A stretch of DNA of 64,000 nucleotides from Gemmatimonadota bacterium (GTDB taxonomy: Bacteria; Gemmatimonadota; Gemmatimonadetes; Palauibacterales; KS3-K002), in NCBI GenBank assembly GCA_039586795.1, contig JBDHJS010000032.1, positions 1 through 64,000 on the forward strand, written 5' to 3'. Made by a program: the position numbers and the translations under genes. Of the stretch, positions 18,719-28,755 are shown piece by piece (within the stretch, counting starts at the first letter, position 1; each line of letters begins with the position of its first letter). The notes under the pieces are model-generated. The model searched no databases. It saw only the letters and a program-made list of their open reading frames with translations, and was not told the origin of the DNA.

Positions 18719-19192
18719 TCACTCTTCCAACTCGCTGGCCACAGCGCGAACATCTAAGTCGCCGCCCTCCTTGGCCACCGAAAGTACGATCGACGTGTTC
18801 GTGCCTTCGATCTCCGGATGCGATAGCACACGCTTGATCTCCTTATTCATGCTCTCTTCATCCGGATACTTGCCGATCACCAGCACGTCGTAGTCGCCAG
18901 TAATCTCGTAGACGTCGACGAGTGTCTCCTCCTTGATCAGCTCGTCGACTATCCGCGCGATCTCCGCACCGCGCGCCTTGATCTTGGTGATGGCTGTAAG
19001 CCGGTAGCCGAGCTTCCCGTAATCAAGGACCGGCTTGTAACCCTTGATCACACCGTTCGCCTCCATTCCCTTCACACGCTGGCTTACGGTAGATGTAGAG
19101 ACGTTCAACCGCTCGGCGATGGCGCGAAGTGAGGCGCGGCCGTCGCGGCGCAGCTCTTCCAGGATGTCGAGGTCCAATCCTATGTGGGTCAT
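18719..19192 (-). CDS. Lrp/AsnC family transcriptional regulator
   Basis: DGRASLRAIA HTH; YEITGDYD RAM domain. Confidence 0.93.
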   Translation of the reverse strand: MTHIGLDLDILEELRRDGRASLRAIAERLNVSTSTVSQRVKGMEANGVIKGYKPVLDYGKLGYRLTAITKIKARGAEIARIVDELIKEETLVDVYEITGDYDVLVIGKYPDEESMNKEIKRVLSHPEIEGTNTSIVLSVAKEGGDLDVRAVASELEE

Positions 19193-19199
19193 GGTTCGT

Positions 19200-19234
19200 T
19201 AGACGGTAGACGGTAGACGGTTGACGGTAGACGG
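19200..19234 (+). repeat. Heptamer tandem repeat (TAGACGG)x5
   Basis: tagacgg tagacgg tagacgg ttgacgg tagacgg. Confidence 0.9.
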
Positions 19235-19389
19235 ACTGGCTGACAGCGGCGCCGACCCCGATTGTCCTATGATTGTACGCTGACAGGAGGCTACACTGCA
19301 AGATCGTCCGGTCATTGGGTCTGTTTTTGGACGAACATCTGATCCTGTGGAGTGGTGGACCCGGTACGCCACGGCCTCTATCGAAGACA

Positions 19390-19432
19390 CCGTCTACCGT
19401 CTACTGTCTACTGATCTACCGTCTACGGTCCA
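19390..19432 (+). repeat. Heptamer tandem repeat (CCGTCTA)x~6, reverse complement of the 19200 array
   Basis: ccgtcta ccgtcta ctgtcta ctgatcta ccgtcta cggtcca. Confidence 0.88.
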
Positions 19433-19449
19433 CTGAAGCGGAGAAGAGA

Positions 19450-20397
19450 ATGGCCGAGCTCGACGGGTATTGGAAGCGACTATACGAGCTGCCGGGTATC
19501 GTGAAGCGGCCTGAGCTGGCGAAGATCGATGCGCTCAAGGAGACCGGTTCGCGCGTATTGGTCGAGGAACAGACGGACTTCCAGCGGCTCTTGTTGATCG
19601 AGACGCCGAAGAAGGAACTGGTCCTGCTGCTGGATGGCGAGATACAGTTCTATGGCGGTGATGAGCACAGATTCCACGAGTCACTGGCCCTCGTTCCGTT
19701 CCTCTACCGACGTTCGTCGATCAAGCGCGTGGGCGTGATGGGCGGGGGAGACGGCCTCATCGCCCGGGAACTGTTGGGACGGTTTGGCGACGAGATCGAG
19801 CAGATCACGATCGTCGACATCGATCCGGCCGTAACGGAGATCGGAAAGACTGTTCCGCAACTCCTCGAGCTGAATAACGGGAGTCTGCTGGATGAACGTG
19901 TGGAAGTGAGGAACGCGGACGCGCTGAGCTTCGAGACGGAAGAGCCGTTCGATCTGATCCTTTGCGACCTACCAGACCCGACCAGTTCGGTTCTGGGCTG
20001 CCTCTACAACCGCGAATTCTACCAGCACCTGCAATCTCAGCTGAACGATAGGGGGCTGATGAACGTCCAGATCATCTATGTGCCCCCGCTCTTCGATGGC
20101 GTGCTCAGTACGTTGAGAAGCGTCTTCCCGGCGGTGGAACCGTACGCGGTCTGGATGTACAGCTTCGTCCGCGCGGGCTTCGCTCTTTGTGGGTTGGAGT
20201 CGTTGGAGCGGCAGCGTGACCTGCCGAAGGGGACCCGGCATCTAACGCCCGAAGCACTCGACCAGATGTTCTACTTTGCGCCCGACGAACCGCGGGCAGC
20301 TGTATCCGAGGTGAGTACGAATGACAACATGCTGGTCATGGAGTGGTATGAGACGTACTTGAGAGAATACTTCGAGGAGCGAATACTCTACTACTGA
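19450..20397 (+). CDS. speE: Spermidine synthase-like aminopropyltransferase
   Basis: LLLDGEIQ, DEHRFHE, GGGDG and DLPDP motifs. Confidence 0.88.
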   Translation: MAELDGYWKRLYELPGIVKRPELAKIDALKETGSRVLVEEQTDFQRLLLIETPKKELVLLLDGEIQFYGGDEHRFHESLALVPFLYRRSSIKRVGVMGGGDGLIARELLGRFGDEIEQITIVDIDPAVTEIGKTVPQLLELNNGSLLDERVEVRNADALSFETEEPFDLILCDLPDPTSSVLGCLYNREFYQHLQSQLNDRGLMNVQIIYVPPLFDGVLSTLRSVFPAVEPYAVWMYSFVRAGFALCGLESLERQRDLPKGTRHLTPEALDQMFYFAPDEPRAAVSEVSTNDNMLVMEWYETYLREYFEERILYY

Positions 20398-20421
20398 GTG
20401 TCATTGATGTTCGTGAATGCG

Positions 20422-20462
20422 AAACCCGTCCCGGAGGCCTAGCCCGAGGGACGGGTTCTTTG
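20422..20462 (+). terminator. Intrinsic terminator between speE and speD
   Basis: AACCCGTCCC...GGGACGGGTT followed by CTTT. Confidence 0.7.
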
Positions 20463-20479
20463 TCATCCGGGACCTGGAG

Positions 20480-20878
20480 TCAGGCTTCGTCGCCGTTAAG
20501 GAAGCCGCGGAAAATAAGCTCGTTCTCAGTTCGCTCTGCACCCAGCCGCTCGACAATATGGTCGCGCGCCCGCTCGGCCCGTTCTGCCATGGCGCAGCTG
20601 ACGATATCCACGGAAGCGTATCCGTGTTCCGGGTAGGTGTGGATTGCGAAATGGGATTCCCGGATGGGCAAAAAAACGGTCAGGCCCTGACCCGGGTAAT
20701 GGTACGAAGCCGGCTCTGCCAGGGGGTGCATCGAGGCTGCGGCTGCAGCGCCCGTCAAAACACTCCCGATGCGCTCGGGGTCGTTCAATAACTCGGAATT
20801 TACGCCGTACAACTCCAGCATCACGTGGGTCAGCACGGCGCGCTCCGTCGCCACTTCTGGTGGAGCCACCTTGTGCAT
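20480..20878 (-). CDS. speD: Pyruvoyl-dependent S-adenosylmethionine decarboxylase proenzyme
   Basis: ESHFAIHTYPE self-cleavage motif and VDIVSC. Confidence 0.87.
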   Translation of the reverse strand: MHKVAPPEVATERAVLTHVMLELYGVNSELLNDPERIGSVLTGAAAAASMHPLAEPASYHYPGQGLTVFLPIRESHFAIHTYPEHGYASVDIVSCAMAERAERARDHIVERLGAERTENELIFRGFLNGDEA

Positions 20879-21110
20879 TTTCACCCCCCCCAAGTCTGAA
20901 AGTCCAATGGTCAACTTCCGAGTGCCAGTAAGGATAGAAAGCCGGCGTCGTGACGCAATAGCTTCACAGATAGCCCGTAAGTGCCCGTATCCGTCGTCAG
21001 TCTAGGGTGTCTGCCGACCGCCCAGGCAGACGATTAGAACTGGGTCGTGTGGGTAAGCTCCGGAGGTGCTCGGGTGTGGTAGAGTTGGTGGATCGGCTAG
21101 ATTGCTGCTC

Positions 21111-22232
21111 ATGATAGCCGCCAGAATAGCCCCCTCTGTGGTCGTAGCCCCCACGGCCTTCAAAGGGACGATTGGACCGTCCGAGGTGGCCCGCGCGATT
21201 GCCGCGGGTGTCCAGGATGTCTGGCCGGGCGCTGACGTCGTCTTGCGCCCGCTGTCCGATGGCGGAAACGGGTTGCTCGAGGCCTGCTTGGCAGTCGGTG
21301 GCGGTGATATCGAAGAGCATCATGTGACCGGGCCGCTGGGAGAGCGTGTCCGCGCCCGCATCCTGCGACTGGGCTCGGAGGCCGTGATCGAATCGGCTGA
21401 GGCTTGTGGGCTCCATCTGGTACCACCTAATCAACGTGACCCGTTGCGTGCCACCACGCACGGTGTGGGTGAGTTGCTTTCGCGAGCTGTGACGGGTGGC
21501 GCCGATCGGGTTGTGCTTGGACTCGGGGGCAGCGGTACGGTGGATGGCGGGACCGGCATGGCTGAAGCGATTGGCTGGCGCTTCTTCGCCGAGTCGGGCG
21601 AAGAGCTTCCGGCGGGAGGCGGCTCGCTTGTGGGGCTCGCGAGACTCGAGCCGCCGGACCAGCCGCTCACGGCGCGAGTCGTGGCGCTCTGCGATGTGAG
21701 AAATCCGCTTGTCGGGGAGTTGGGGGCGGCTCGGGTATACGGTCCACAGAAAGGCGCCGGGCCAGATGATATAATCAGGCTGGATCGGGGTCTTTCGCTA
21801 TTGGCGGACGTAATCCAGAGCCAGTTGAATATGGCGGTGGCCGAGCTTCCTGGCGCGGGTGCGGCGGGCGGTCTTGGTGCCGGTGCGCACGCATTTTTGG
21901 GCGCGGACCTCGTGTCGGGAGCGGACTGGATGCTGGAGCGTGCTGGCGTGGGTCAACTACTGGCCAGCGCCGACCTCGTCATCACGGCCGAAGGGCGCTA
22001 CGATGCGCAGAGCGGAATGGGAAAACTGACAGGCAAGGTACTGGAAAAGGCGGGTCAGGTTGGAGTTCAGGCGCTTCTGGTCAGCGGCCGCGTTGACGGG
22101 CCCTTACCACACGGTGTCGAATCGGTTGATGGTACGGGCCGGCAGTTAGCGGCCGAAGAGATCACCGAACTCACCGCGGTGGGTTGCCGGGCCCTCGCTG
22201 GTCGAGGTAGACTAGCAGATTCGGGGACATGA
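21111..22232 (+). CDS. glxK: Glycerate kinase
   Basis: APTAFKG, SDGG, GLGGSGTVDGG, YGPQKGA and GAAGGLG motifs. Confidence 0.92.
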   Translation: MIAARIAPSVVVAPTAFKGTIGPSEVARAIAAGVQDVWPGADVVLRPLSDGGNGLLEACLAVGGGDIEEHHVTGPLGERVRARILRLGSEAVIESAEACGLHLVPPNQRDPLRATTHGVGELLSRAVTGGADRVVLGLGGSGTVDGGTGMAEAIGWRFFAESGEELPAGGGSLVGLARLEPPDQPLTARVVALCDVRNPLVGELGAARVYGPQKGAGPDDIIRLDRGLSLLADVIQSQLNMAVAELPGAGAAGGLGAGAHAFLGADLVSGADWMLERAGVGQLLASADLVITAEGRYDAQSGMGKLTGKVLEKAGQVGVQALLVSGRVDGPLPHGVESVDGTGRQLAAEEITELTAVGCRALAGRGRLADSGT

Positions 22233-22264
22233 CAATCTGGCTAAACGCGAACGGAATTGGATAG

Positions 22265-23575
22265 ATGGCAACTACTGACGTGATGGAGAAGATCGTCTCG
22301 CTGTGCAAGCGACGCGGCTTCGTGTTTCAGTCTTCTGAAGTCTACGGCGGACTCGGCTCCGTGTGGGATTACGGCCCTTTGGGCGTCGAGCTGAAGCGTA
22401 ACGTGAAGGATCGCTGGTGGCGCGACATGGTGACGGCGCGCGCGGATATCGAGGGTCTCGACGCGGGGATCCTCATGCATCCGGACGTCTGGGTGGCCAG
22501 CGGGCACGTGGAGGGATTCACTGACCCGCTCATCGAGTGCAAGAACTGCCATCGCCGGTTCCGAGAGGACTTTGTGGAGGGGGACCAGTGTCCGGTATGC
22601 GGCACCAAGGGTGAATTCACAGCGCCCCGCATGTTCAACCTGATGTTCAAGACGTTCATGGGCCCGGTTGAAGATGAGGCGGCGCAGATCTACTTGCGTC
22701 CTGAAACCGCGCAAGGGATCTATGTGAACTTCCTGAACGTGCAGAACTCGGCCCGTCAGAAGGTTCCGTTCGGTATCGCGCAGATCGGTAAGGCTTTCCG
22801 CAATGAGATAACGCCGGGAAACTTCATCTTTCGGACGCGTGAATTCGAACAGATGGAGATGCAGTTCTTCGTGAAACCGGGCACCGATACCGAGTGGTTC
22901 GACTACTGGCGGAATGAACGACTCGAATGGGTGAAGTCGTTGGGGATCACGCCCGAAAAGCTGCGCATGGAACAGCACACCCGTGAAGAACTCGCGCATT
23001 ACGCGTACGATGCTTACGACATTCAATACGAGTTTGCTTTCGGCTGGCAGGAATTCGAAGGGATCCATAACCGAACAGATTTCGACCTTAGCGCGCACCA
23101 GAACCGCTCGGGCAAGAAACTCGAGTACTTCGATCAGGCGGCCAACGAGCGCTACGTGCCCTACATCATCGAAACGTCCGGTGGCGTGGATCGACTGATG
23201 CTCGTGCTGCTGGCCGACGCCTATCGCGAGGAGGAAGTGGAAGGCGAAACACGCGTGCTGCTCAGCCTGCAGCCGAAGCTCGCTCCGATTAAGGCCGCCA
23301 TCTTTCCGCTGGTCAAGAAGGATGGGATGCCCGAAGTGGGCCGCAAGATCTTCGATAACCTGCGTGGACGGTTTCCGACGTTTTATGACGAAACCGGGTC
23401 GATCGGTCGCCGGTATCGACGCCAGGACGAGGCGGGCACGCCGTACTGCATAACGATCGACGGACAGACGCTCGAGGATGATACGGTGACCGTGCGCGAT
23501 CGTGATACGCTCGCCCAGGAGCGCGTGGCGACTGGAAAGCTCTCGGAGTACCTGACGTCGAAGTTGAGCGAGTGA
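22265..23575 (+). CDS. glyQS: Glycine--tRNA ligase (alpha2 type)
   Basis: LRPETAQG, FRNEITPGNFIFRTREFEQME and SIGRRYRRQDE motifs. Confidence 0.97.
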   Translation: MATTDVMEKIVSLCKRRGFVFQSSEVYGGLGSVWDYGPLGVELKRNVKDRWWRDMVTARADIEGLDAGILMHPDVWVASGHVEGFTDPLIECKNCHRRFREDFVEGDQCPVCGTKGEFTAPRMFNLMFKTFMGPVEDEAAQIYLRPETAQGIYVNFLNVQNSARQKVPFGIAQIGKAFRNEITPGNFIFRTREFEQMEMQFFVKPGTDTEWFDYWRNERLEWVKSLGITPEKLRMEQHTREELAHYAYDAYDIQYEFAFGWQEFEGIHNRTDFDLSAHQNRSGKKLEYFDQAANERYVPYIIETSGGVDRLMLVLLADAYREEEVEGETRVLLSLQPKLAPIKAAIFPLVKKDGMPEVGRKIFDNLRGRFPTFYDETGSIGRRYRRQDEAGTPYCITIDGQTLEDDTVTVRDRDTLAQERVATGKLSEYLTSKLSE

Positions 23576-23582
23576 TCCCCTG

Positions 23583-24551
23583 GTGCTAGGCCGCTTGATC
23601 GCACTCGGGGCTGGCGCCCTCGCCGGCGCTTACCTGGTGAACCGCCACCAGAGGAACCTCGCCACCGAGCCTCGCTCGCTGCGAGACGAGTCCGGACGCT
23701 CCCTCGAACCGTCGCTTGTCGAATTGGAAGGCGGCGAGTGTGTACCGGTCATCGATGTTGGGGAGGGACCGGCGGTCGTTTTGATCCCGGGACTGAACGG
23801 CGACAGCCAGGTCTTTCGTCATCAGATCCCCGTCTTCGCCCGGACTCACAGGGTCATCGCGCCGAATCTGAGGGTGGACTTCGACGGCGTGGCGCGGGAC
23901 TTCGATCAGTTTGCGACTGATGTGGCTACGGTTCTGGATGCGCTGGGGGTACGGTCGGCGACACTGCTCGGTCTTTCCTTCGGTGGGCCGATCTGCATGC
24001 GTTGCGCGACGCTATACCCTGATCGCGTTGACGCATTGGTGCTCACCAACACGTTGGCCAAGCTGGACCTGTCTCACGTCGGCCTCAATCGCACGCTGCT
24101 CATTCCAGTAGCGCGTTGGACCTCTCGCTACCTACCGGTACCGGTGATGCGGAGGATGTCAGAGATCTGGGGTAAGTGGGGGGTCTGGGTATACGACCCT
24201 TCACCCGGGAACGATCGCATCATCGACTACGAACTGGAAGTGCCCGTCCGCGTTCCGATGTCGGAGGGCGGTGTTCGACTGGATACGTTCAAAGACCGTG
24301 ACCTTCGTCCGGACCTCCCCGGCGTCGATCAGCCGGCGCTCATCATCGCCGGCGCTTCCGACACCTACACTCCAAATGCGTGGCAGCGTGAGATCGCCGA
24401 TCTGATACCGAACGCGACCTATCACGAGATCCCGTACGGTGGCCATCTATCGCTTATCTCTCATGCCGAAGAGTTCAATGAGGTCGTGCTGGACTGGTTG
24501 GCGACCGCAGTAGGGGGTCGTGCCCAGGGGCAGCGCACCGAAACTGCTTGA
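23583..24551 (+). CDS. Alpha/beta hydrolase with an N-terminal membrane anchor
   Basis: GLSFGG nucleophile elbow and C-terminal GGH. Confidence 0.87.
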   Translation: MLGRLIALGAGALAGAYLVNRHQRNLATEPRSLRDESGRSLEPSLVELEGGECVPVIDVGEGPAVVLIPGLNGDSQVFRHQIPVFARTHRVIAPNLRVDFDGVARDFDQFATDVATVLDALGVRSATLLGLSFGGPICMRCATLYPDRVDALVLTNTLAKLDLSHVGLNRTLLIPVARWTSRYLPVPVMRRMSEIWGKWGVWVYDPSPGNDRIIDYELEVPVRVPMSEGGVRLDTFKDRDLRPDLPGVDQPALIIAGASDTYTPNAWQREIADLIPNATYHEIPYGGHLSLISHAEEFNEVVLDWLATAVGGRAQGQRTETA

Positions 24552-24561
24552 GGACCTGAGA

Positions 24562-26028
24562 TTGGCTTCACGTTCCGAAGTCTTCACGAGCCGTTGGGGA
24601 ATGATGTTAGCCATGCTCGGCATGGCGGTGGGGACCGGCAATATCTGGCGTTTCCCACGGATCGTTGCTTCCAATGGAGGCGGCAGCTTCCTCGTCGCTT
24701 GGGTGGTGTTCCTGCTCTTGTGGTCCATTCCGCTGATCATCGTCGAGTTCGCCATCGGAAAAGCGACTCGTTCGGGTACCGTAGGCGCGTTCGGCAAGCT
24801 GATTGGAAAGAAGTTCGCCTGGATGGGTACCTGGGTCGGCTGGTGTGCGACGGCGATCATGTTCTACTACAGCGTCGTCATGGGGTGGTGTATTCGACAC
24901 TTTGCTGCCGCGATTACGGGCGAGATCCCCGGCGCAACGCCGGAGGCGTTCTGGAACGGCTTCAATAGCTCGGCTGGTGCTTTGCTGACCCACGCCATCG
25001 CGATGGGCCTGGGTCTCATCGTCGTCGCGCGCGGCGTTAGGGGGATCGAGAAGGTAGCCAGAATACTCATCCCCAGCCTCGTCGTGCTCGTCGTTGTGCT
25101 CGCAGTGCGTGCGATAACGCTGCCGGGTGCGGCGGCCGGCCTGAACTTCCTCTTCACACCTAATTGGGCTCAGCTGGCGGACTACAGGGTGTGGCTGGAG
25201 GCGCTGACCCAGAATGCTTGGGACACCGGCGCCGGATGGGGCCTTATACTGACCTACGCCATCTACATGCGTCGGAATGAGGACACGACGCTGAACGCCT
25301 TCGCCCTCGGCTTTGGCAACAACTCGATGTCGCTGCTGGCAGGTATCATGGTGTTGTGCACGGCCTTCGCTCTGCAGCCGGACATCGCCACGCATATCAT
25401 GGGACAGGGGAACGAGGGGCTGACCTTCATCTGGATGCCACAGCTGTTCGCGCAGATGCCGGCGGGTCGCTTCTTCATGGCTTTCTTCTTCCTCGCGCTG
25501 GTGTTTGCCGCGTGGACGAGCCTCATATCGATGATCGAACTGGCGACCCGTGTGCTGGTCGATGCCGGTATCCAGCGGAGCCGAGCTATCTGGTGGGTCG
25601 GAGGCGTGGGTTTCCTCGCCGGTGCACCCGCCGCGCTCTCCATCGGCTTCTTCCATAACCAGGACTTCGTGTGGAGTGTCGGGCTGATGCTCTCCGGCTT
25701 CTTCTTCGCTTTCGCGGTCCTGAAGTTTGGTGTTCGCAAGTTCCGCATGCAGTTCGTTAACCAGGCGGGCTCGGACATCAAGGTGGGCCGCTGGTGGGAG
25801 TGGGCGATCGTTCTCGTTCTCATCGAGTCAGTAGCGCTGATGGTCTGGTGGTTCTATCAGGCGGGGGCCGATGGCTGGAGGAAGGCGCTGGATCCTGTAA
25901 GCGACTTCAGCATCGGCACGGTGCTGCTCCAATTTGGAATAGTACTGATCGCGTTCTTGTTGCTGAATCCGTGGCTGGCCAAACGCTCCGGCGTGACCGA
26001 ACAGCCGGCGCTGGAGGAAGAGGCCTAG
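24562..26028 (+). CDS. Sodium-dependent amino-acid transporter (NSS/SNF family)
   Basis: AVGTGNIWRFP motif and many TM helices; TTG start after GAGG. Confidence 0.94.
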   Translation: MASRSEVFTSRWGMMLAMLGMAVGTGNIWRFPRIVASNGGGSFLVAWVVFLLLWSIPLIIVEFAIGKATRSGTVGAFGKLIGKKFAWMGTWVGWCATAIMFYYSVVMGWCIRHFAAAITGEIPGATPEAFWNGFNSSAGALLTHAIAMGLGLIVVARGVRGIEKVARILIPSLVVLVVVLAVRAITLPGAAAGLNFLFTPNWAQLADYRVWLEALTQNAWDTGAGWGLILTYAIYMRRNEDTTLNAFALGFGNNSMSLLAGIMVLCTAFALQPDIATHIMGQGNEGLTFIWMPQLFAQMPAGRFFMAFFFLALVFAAWTSLISMIELATRVLVDAGIQRSRAIWWVGGVGFLAGAPAALSIGFFHNQDFVWSVGLMLSGFFFAFAVLKFGVRKFRMQFVNQAGSDIKVGRWWEWAIVLVLIESVALMVWWFYQAGADGWRKALDPVSDFSIGTVLLQFGIVLIAFLLLNPWLAKRSGVTEQPALEEEA

Positions 26029-26066
26029 CGACCGCGAGGTAGCTGCGACGGCAATCACCTCTGCCG

Positions 26067-26846
26067 ATGACACGAGACGCGAGCACAGGGCGGTCGACGC
26101 CCTACGAGATGGTTTTTGCCGGTGGCCTGGCCGATCAACACTTCGCCTCGATCTCGGAAGAGACGGTGGGTGGCGCGAAGCAGCGCGATGTGTTCGCACG
26201 GCTTGAGAGCGTTGCGGCGCTGGTTCAACAGTTGGTGCCGGATGATGCTGACGCCGCAGCGTTTGACCGCTCACTCGACCTGATCTTCCATTGCTACCAT
26301 TTCTGGAAAGCTGGCTGCCCCCTGTATGCCCTCGAGGACGGTGCAGTTCGTGATCTGATCGATAACCCGCCGGAGCTGTCGGCCTGGACGCCGACACCGC
26401 CTCACGCGAGTCTGTACCTGGAGCTTCCCCAGAATCTGTTGTGGGCGGCCGTGACAGAGGGGGATATTCCGGAGCCGGTTGAGGGGCTGTTCCTGAGGAT
26501 CGAGGAGGGCCAGGCCGTCTCCATCCTGCTTGTCTTGGGGATGCGCCTGGATCGGCCGGGCTTCAGCGTGTCCGGGATCGAAGCGCAGGTGAGCGATGCC
26601 ACTGACACGGACGAGCCGGGGGCCTTCCGCTCTGACATCCCGGGCGCCGATCTGGCCGGGCTATATTCTCTGCAGCGTCCCCTGGAAGCTCTGTTGCTAG
26701 CGCTGCGTGTTCTATGGTACGTCGAAAGTTATCCCGAGGCCGCGGAGTCGGTCCGCGTCGATATTGAGGCGACGTCAGAGAGCAACGGTGGATTGACGAA
26801 CCTGGATCATCACATCGTGCGTCTCGTCGAACGGAGTCGCGAATGA
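26067..26846 (+). CDS. Hypothetical protein
   Basis: 259-aa ORF in operon context; ATGA overlap with the next gene. Confidence 0.75.
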   Translation: MTRDASTGRSTPYEMVFAGGLADQHFASISEETVGGAKQRDVFARLESVAALVQQLVPDDADAAAFDRSLDLIFHCYHFWKAGCPLYALEDGAVRDLIDNPPELSAWTPTPPHASLYLELPQNLLWAAVTEGDIPEPVEGLFLRIEEGQAVSILLVLGMRLDRPGFSVSGIEAQVSDATDTDEPGAFRSDIPGADLAGLYSLQRPLEALLLALRVLWYVESYPEAAESVRVDIEATSESNGGLTNLDHHIVRLVERSRE

Positions 26847-27964
26847 ACGGAATCCGAATCTGCTCCTTCTTCGGTTTCGAAGTCCGCCTCGATCTATCCT
26901 GGTTTGTCGTCTTCTTTCTAATCCTCTGGACGTTTGCCAAGTCAGAGTTTCCCCGAATCATGCCAGGCTTGTCGGCTCTGGAATACGTCATCATGGCGTG
27001 GTCTGGAGCGGTGCTCTTCTTTGGGTCCGTGCTTCTTCACGAGCTGGCTCACTCTGCGGTCGCTCGGGCGCGACGCATTCCTGTAGAGGGCATCACGCTA
27101 TTCGTCTTCGGCGGCATGCAACGGATTCGCTCGGACGCTGGAAGCCCCAGAGACGAGTTCATGATCACCGCCGTCGGGCCGCTGACCAGCGGCGCGCTTG
27201 CGGCGGCCTTCTATGGAGTTGCCAGGGTTGGCCAAGCGCTTGGAGCCTCGGTGGCGGTTACCGGGGTCGCGGACTACCTGGCGTTCGTCAATCTGATTCT
27301 CGCCGTTCTTAACCTAATCCCGGGGTTTCCCCTCGATGGGGGACGACTGTTTCGGTCCATCGTCTGGCATGTATCGAAAGACCTAAGAAGAGCGACGCGT
27401 TGGGCCGCCTACAGCGGAAGGGCGTTTGGGCTGCTGATGATCGGCTTCGGTGCCTTGAACATGTTCCGCGGCTTCATCCTCGCCGGCATGTGGTTGGTGT
27501 TTATCGGTTTGTTCCTGACGCAGGCGGCGGAGGCGGGGTACCGGCAGCTGTTGATGCGACGGATTCTGGAAGGCGTACAGGTTAGCGAGGCGATGAGTCG
27601 TAGCCCGGAGACAGTGGCCCCTGACCTCACACTGAGGGATCTGGTTGACAACTACTTTCTGAAGCGGCGATACAACGCGTTCCCGGTTGAAGGTGAAGAT
27701 GGCATGACGCTTGGAATAATCACACTGGCCCAGGTGAAAGACATCGAGCGAGATCTGTGGCCAACGACAGAGGTCACAGAGGTGATGATGCCGGTGTGTG
27801 ACGCCGTCAGGGTGCGTCCCGGCGATTCGTTGGCCGAAGTGTTGACCAAGCTCGAGCGTGAAGGAGTGGGGCGCGCACTGGTGATCGATCGAGGACACCT
27901 CGAGGGAGTCATAACCCGGGCGGACGTGGCGCAGTGGCTCGATCGCTATCAGCAACTTCACTAG
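26843..27964 (+). CDS. Site-2 protease (M50) with CBS pair
   Basis: HELAH, NLIPGFPLDGG, two C-terminal CBS domains. Confidence 0.94.
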   Translation: MNGIRICSFFGFEVRLDLSWFVVFFLILWTFAKSEFPRIMPGLSALEYVIMAWSGAVLFFGSVLLHELAHSAVARARRIPVEGITLFVFGGMQRIRSDAGSPRDEFMITAVGPLTSGALAAAFYGVARVGQALGASVAVTGVADYLAFVNLILAVLNLIPGFPLDGGRLFRSIVWHVSKDLRRATRWAAYSGRAFGLLMIGFGALNMFRGFILAGMWLVFIGLFLTQAAEAGYRQLLMRRILEGVQVSEAMSRSPETVAPDLTLRDLVDNYFLKRRYNAFPVEGEDGMTLGIITLAQVKDIERDLWPTTEVTEVMMPVCDAVRVRPGDSLAEVLTKLEREGVGRALVIDRGHLEGVITRADVAQWLDRYQQLH

Positions 27965-28006
27965 TCGCTGTCAAAGCCATCGCATTCAGGGAGAGATTTA
28001 GAGACC

Positions 28007-28696
28007 TTGACCGCCGGTAAGAAACGGAAAAAGGGTACACCGGGGAAGCGAAGAGAATCGGAGTCGGCGAAACGCGATCGTGCCCTGCGTATCGTCGGGC
28101 GACTCTCTGAAGCCTACCCGGCGCGCATCGAGCTCGATTTCGAGACGCCGCTTGAGCTGGCCGTGGCCACGATTCTCAGCGCCCAGTGCACCGACGCGCG
28201 AGTCAACGAGGTGACCGCCACGCTTTTCAAGAAGTACCGTACCGCAGAAGACTACGCGAACGCCGATCCCGAGGTCCTCCAGGAAGAGATCCGATCAACC
28301 GGCTTCTTTCGGAATAAGACGAAGTCGATCATCTCTCTTGCTCAAGCACTGGTCGATGTGCATGACGGCGTCGTACCTGATACTATGGACGCGCTCGTGA
28401 AGCTTGCGGGAATTGGGCGCAAAACGGCCAACGTCATCCTGGGATCCGGGTTCGGGATCAACGAAGGCGTCGTCGTCGATACGCACGTCAAGCGCCTGTC
28501 GAATCGGCTGGATCTGACCGGGCAGGACGATCCAGTGAAGATCGAGCGCGATCTCATGGAGCTGGTTCCCCAAGAGGAGTGGAATCGTTTTGGCCTCCGC
28601 ATGGTCCTGCATGGTCGCTATACGTGTCTGGCGCGGAAGCCGAAATGCGACGAGTGCCCGGTGGAAGATCTCTGCCCGAGCGCCGGCCAATTCTGA
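28007..28696 (+). CDS. nth: Endonuclease III
   Basis: LSAQCTD, HhH GIGRKTA, VDTHV and C-x6-C-x2-C-x5-C Fe-S motif. Confidence 0.96.
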   Translation: MTAGKKRKKGTPGKRRESESAKRDRALRIVGRLSEAYPARIELDFETPLELAVATILSAQCTDARVNEVTATLFKKYRTAEDYANADPEVLQEEIRSTGFFRNKTKSIISLAQALVDVHDGVVPDTMDALVKLAGIGRKTANVILGSGFGINEGVVVDTHVKRLSNRLDLTGQDDPVKIERDLMELVPQEEWNRFGLRMVLHGRYTCLARKPKCDECPVEDLCPSAGQF

Positions 28697-28755
28697 GAAC
28701 TAAATGTGAATAAGCGGAAGTCTCGACGTGTAACGATATGTACAGGAGTGACGAG

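Noticed and set aside
19200..19432. Repeat arrays as CRISPR
   Set aside because: 7-nt tandem units without spacers, and no cas genes in the window
19273..19449. ORF-track N-terminal extensions (also 858..1859, 2853, 16825, 32564..33907, 59009)
   Set aside because: They run through repeats or intergenic DNA; downstream starts fit the RBS or signal peptides better
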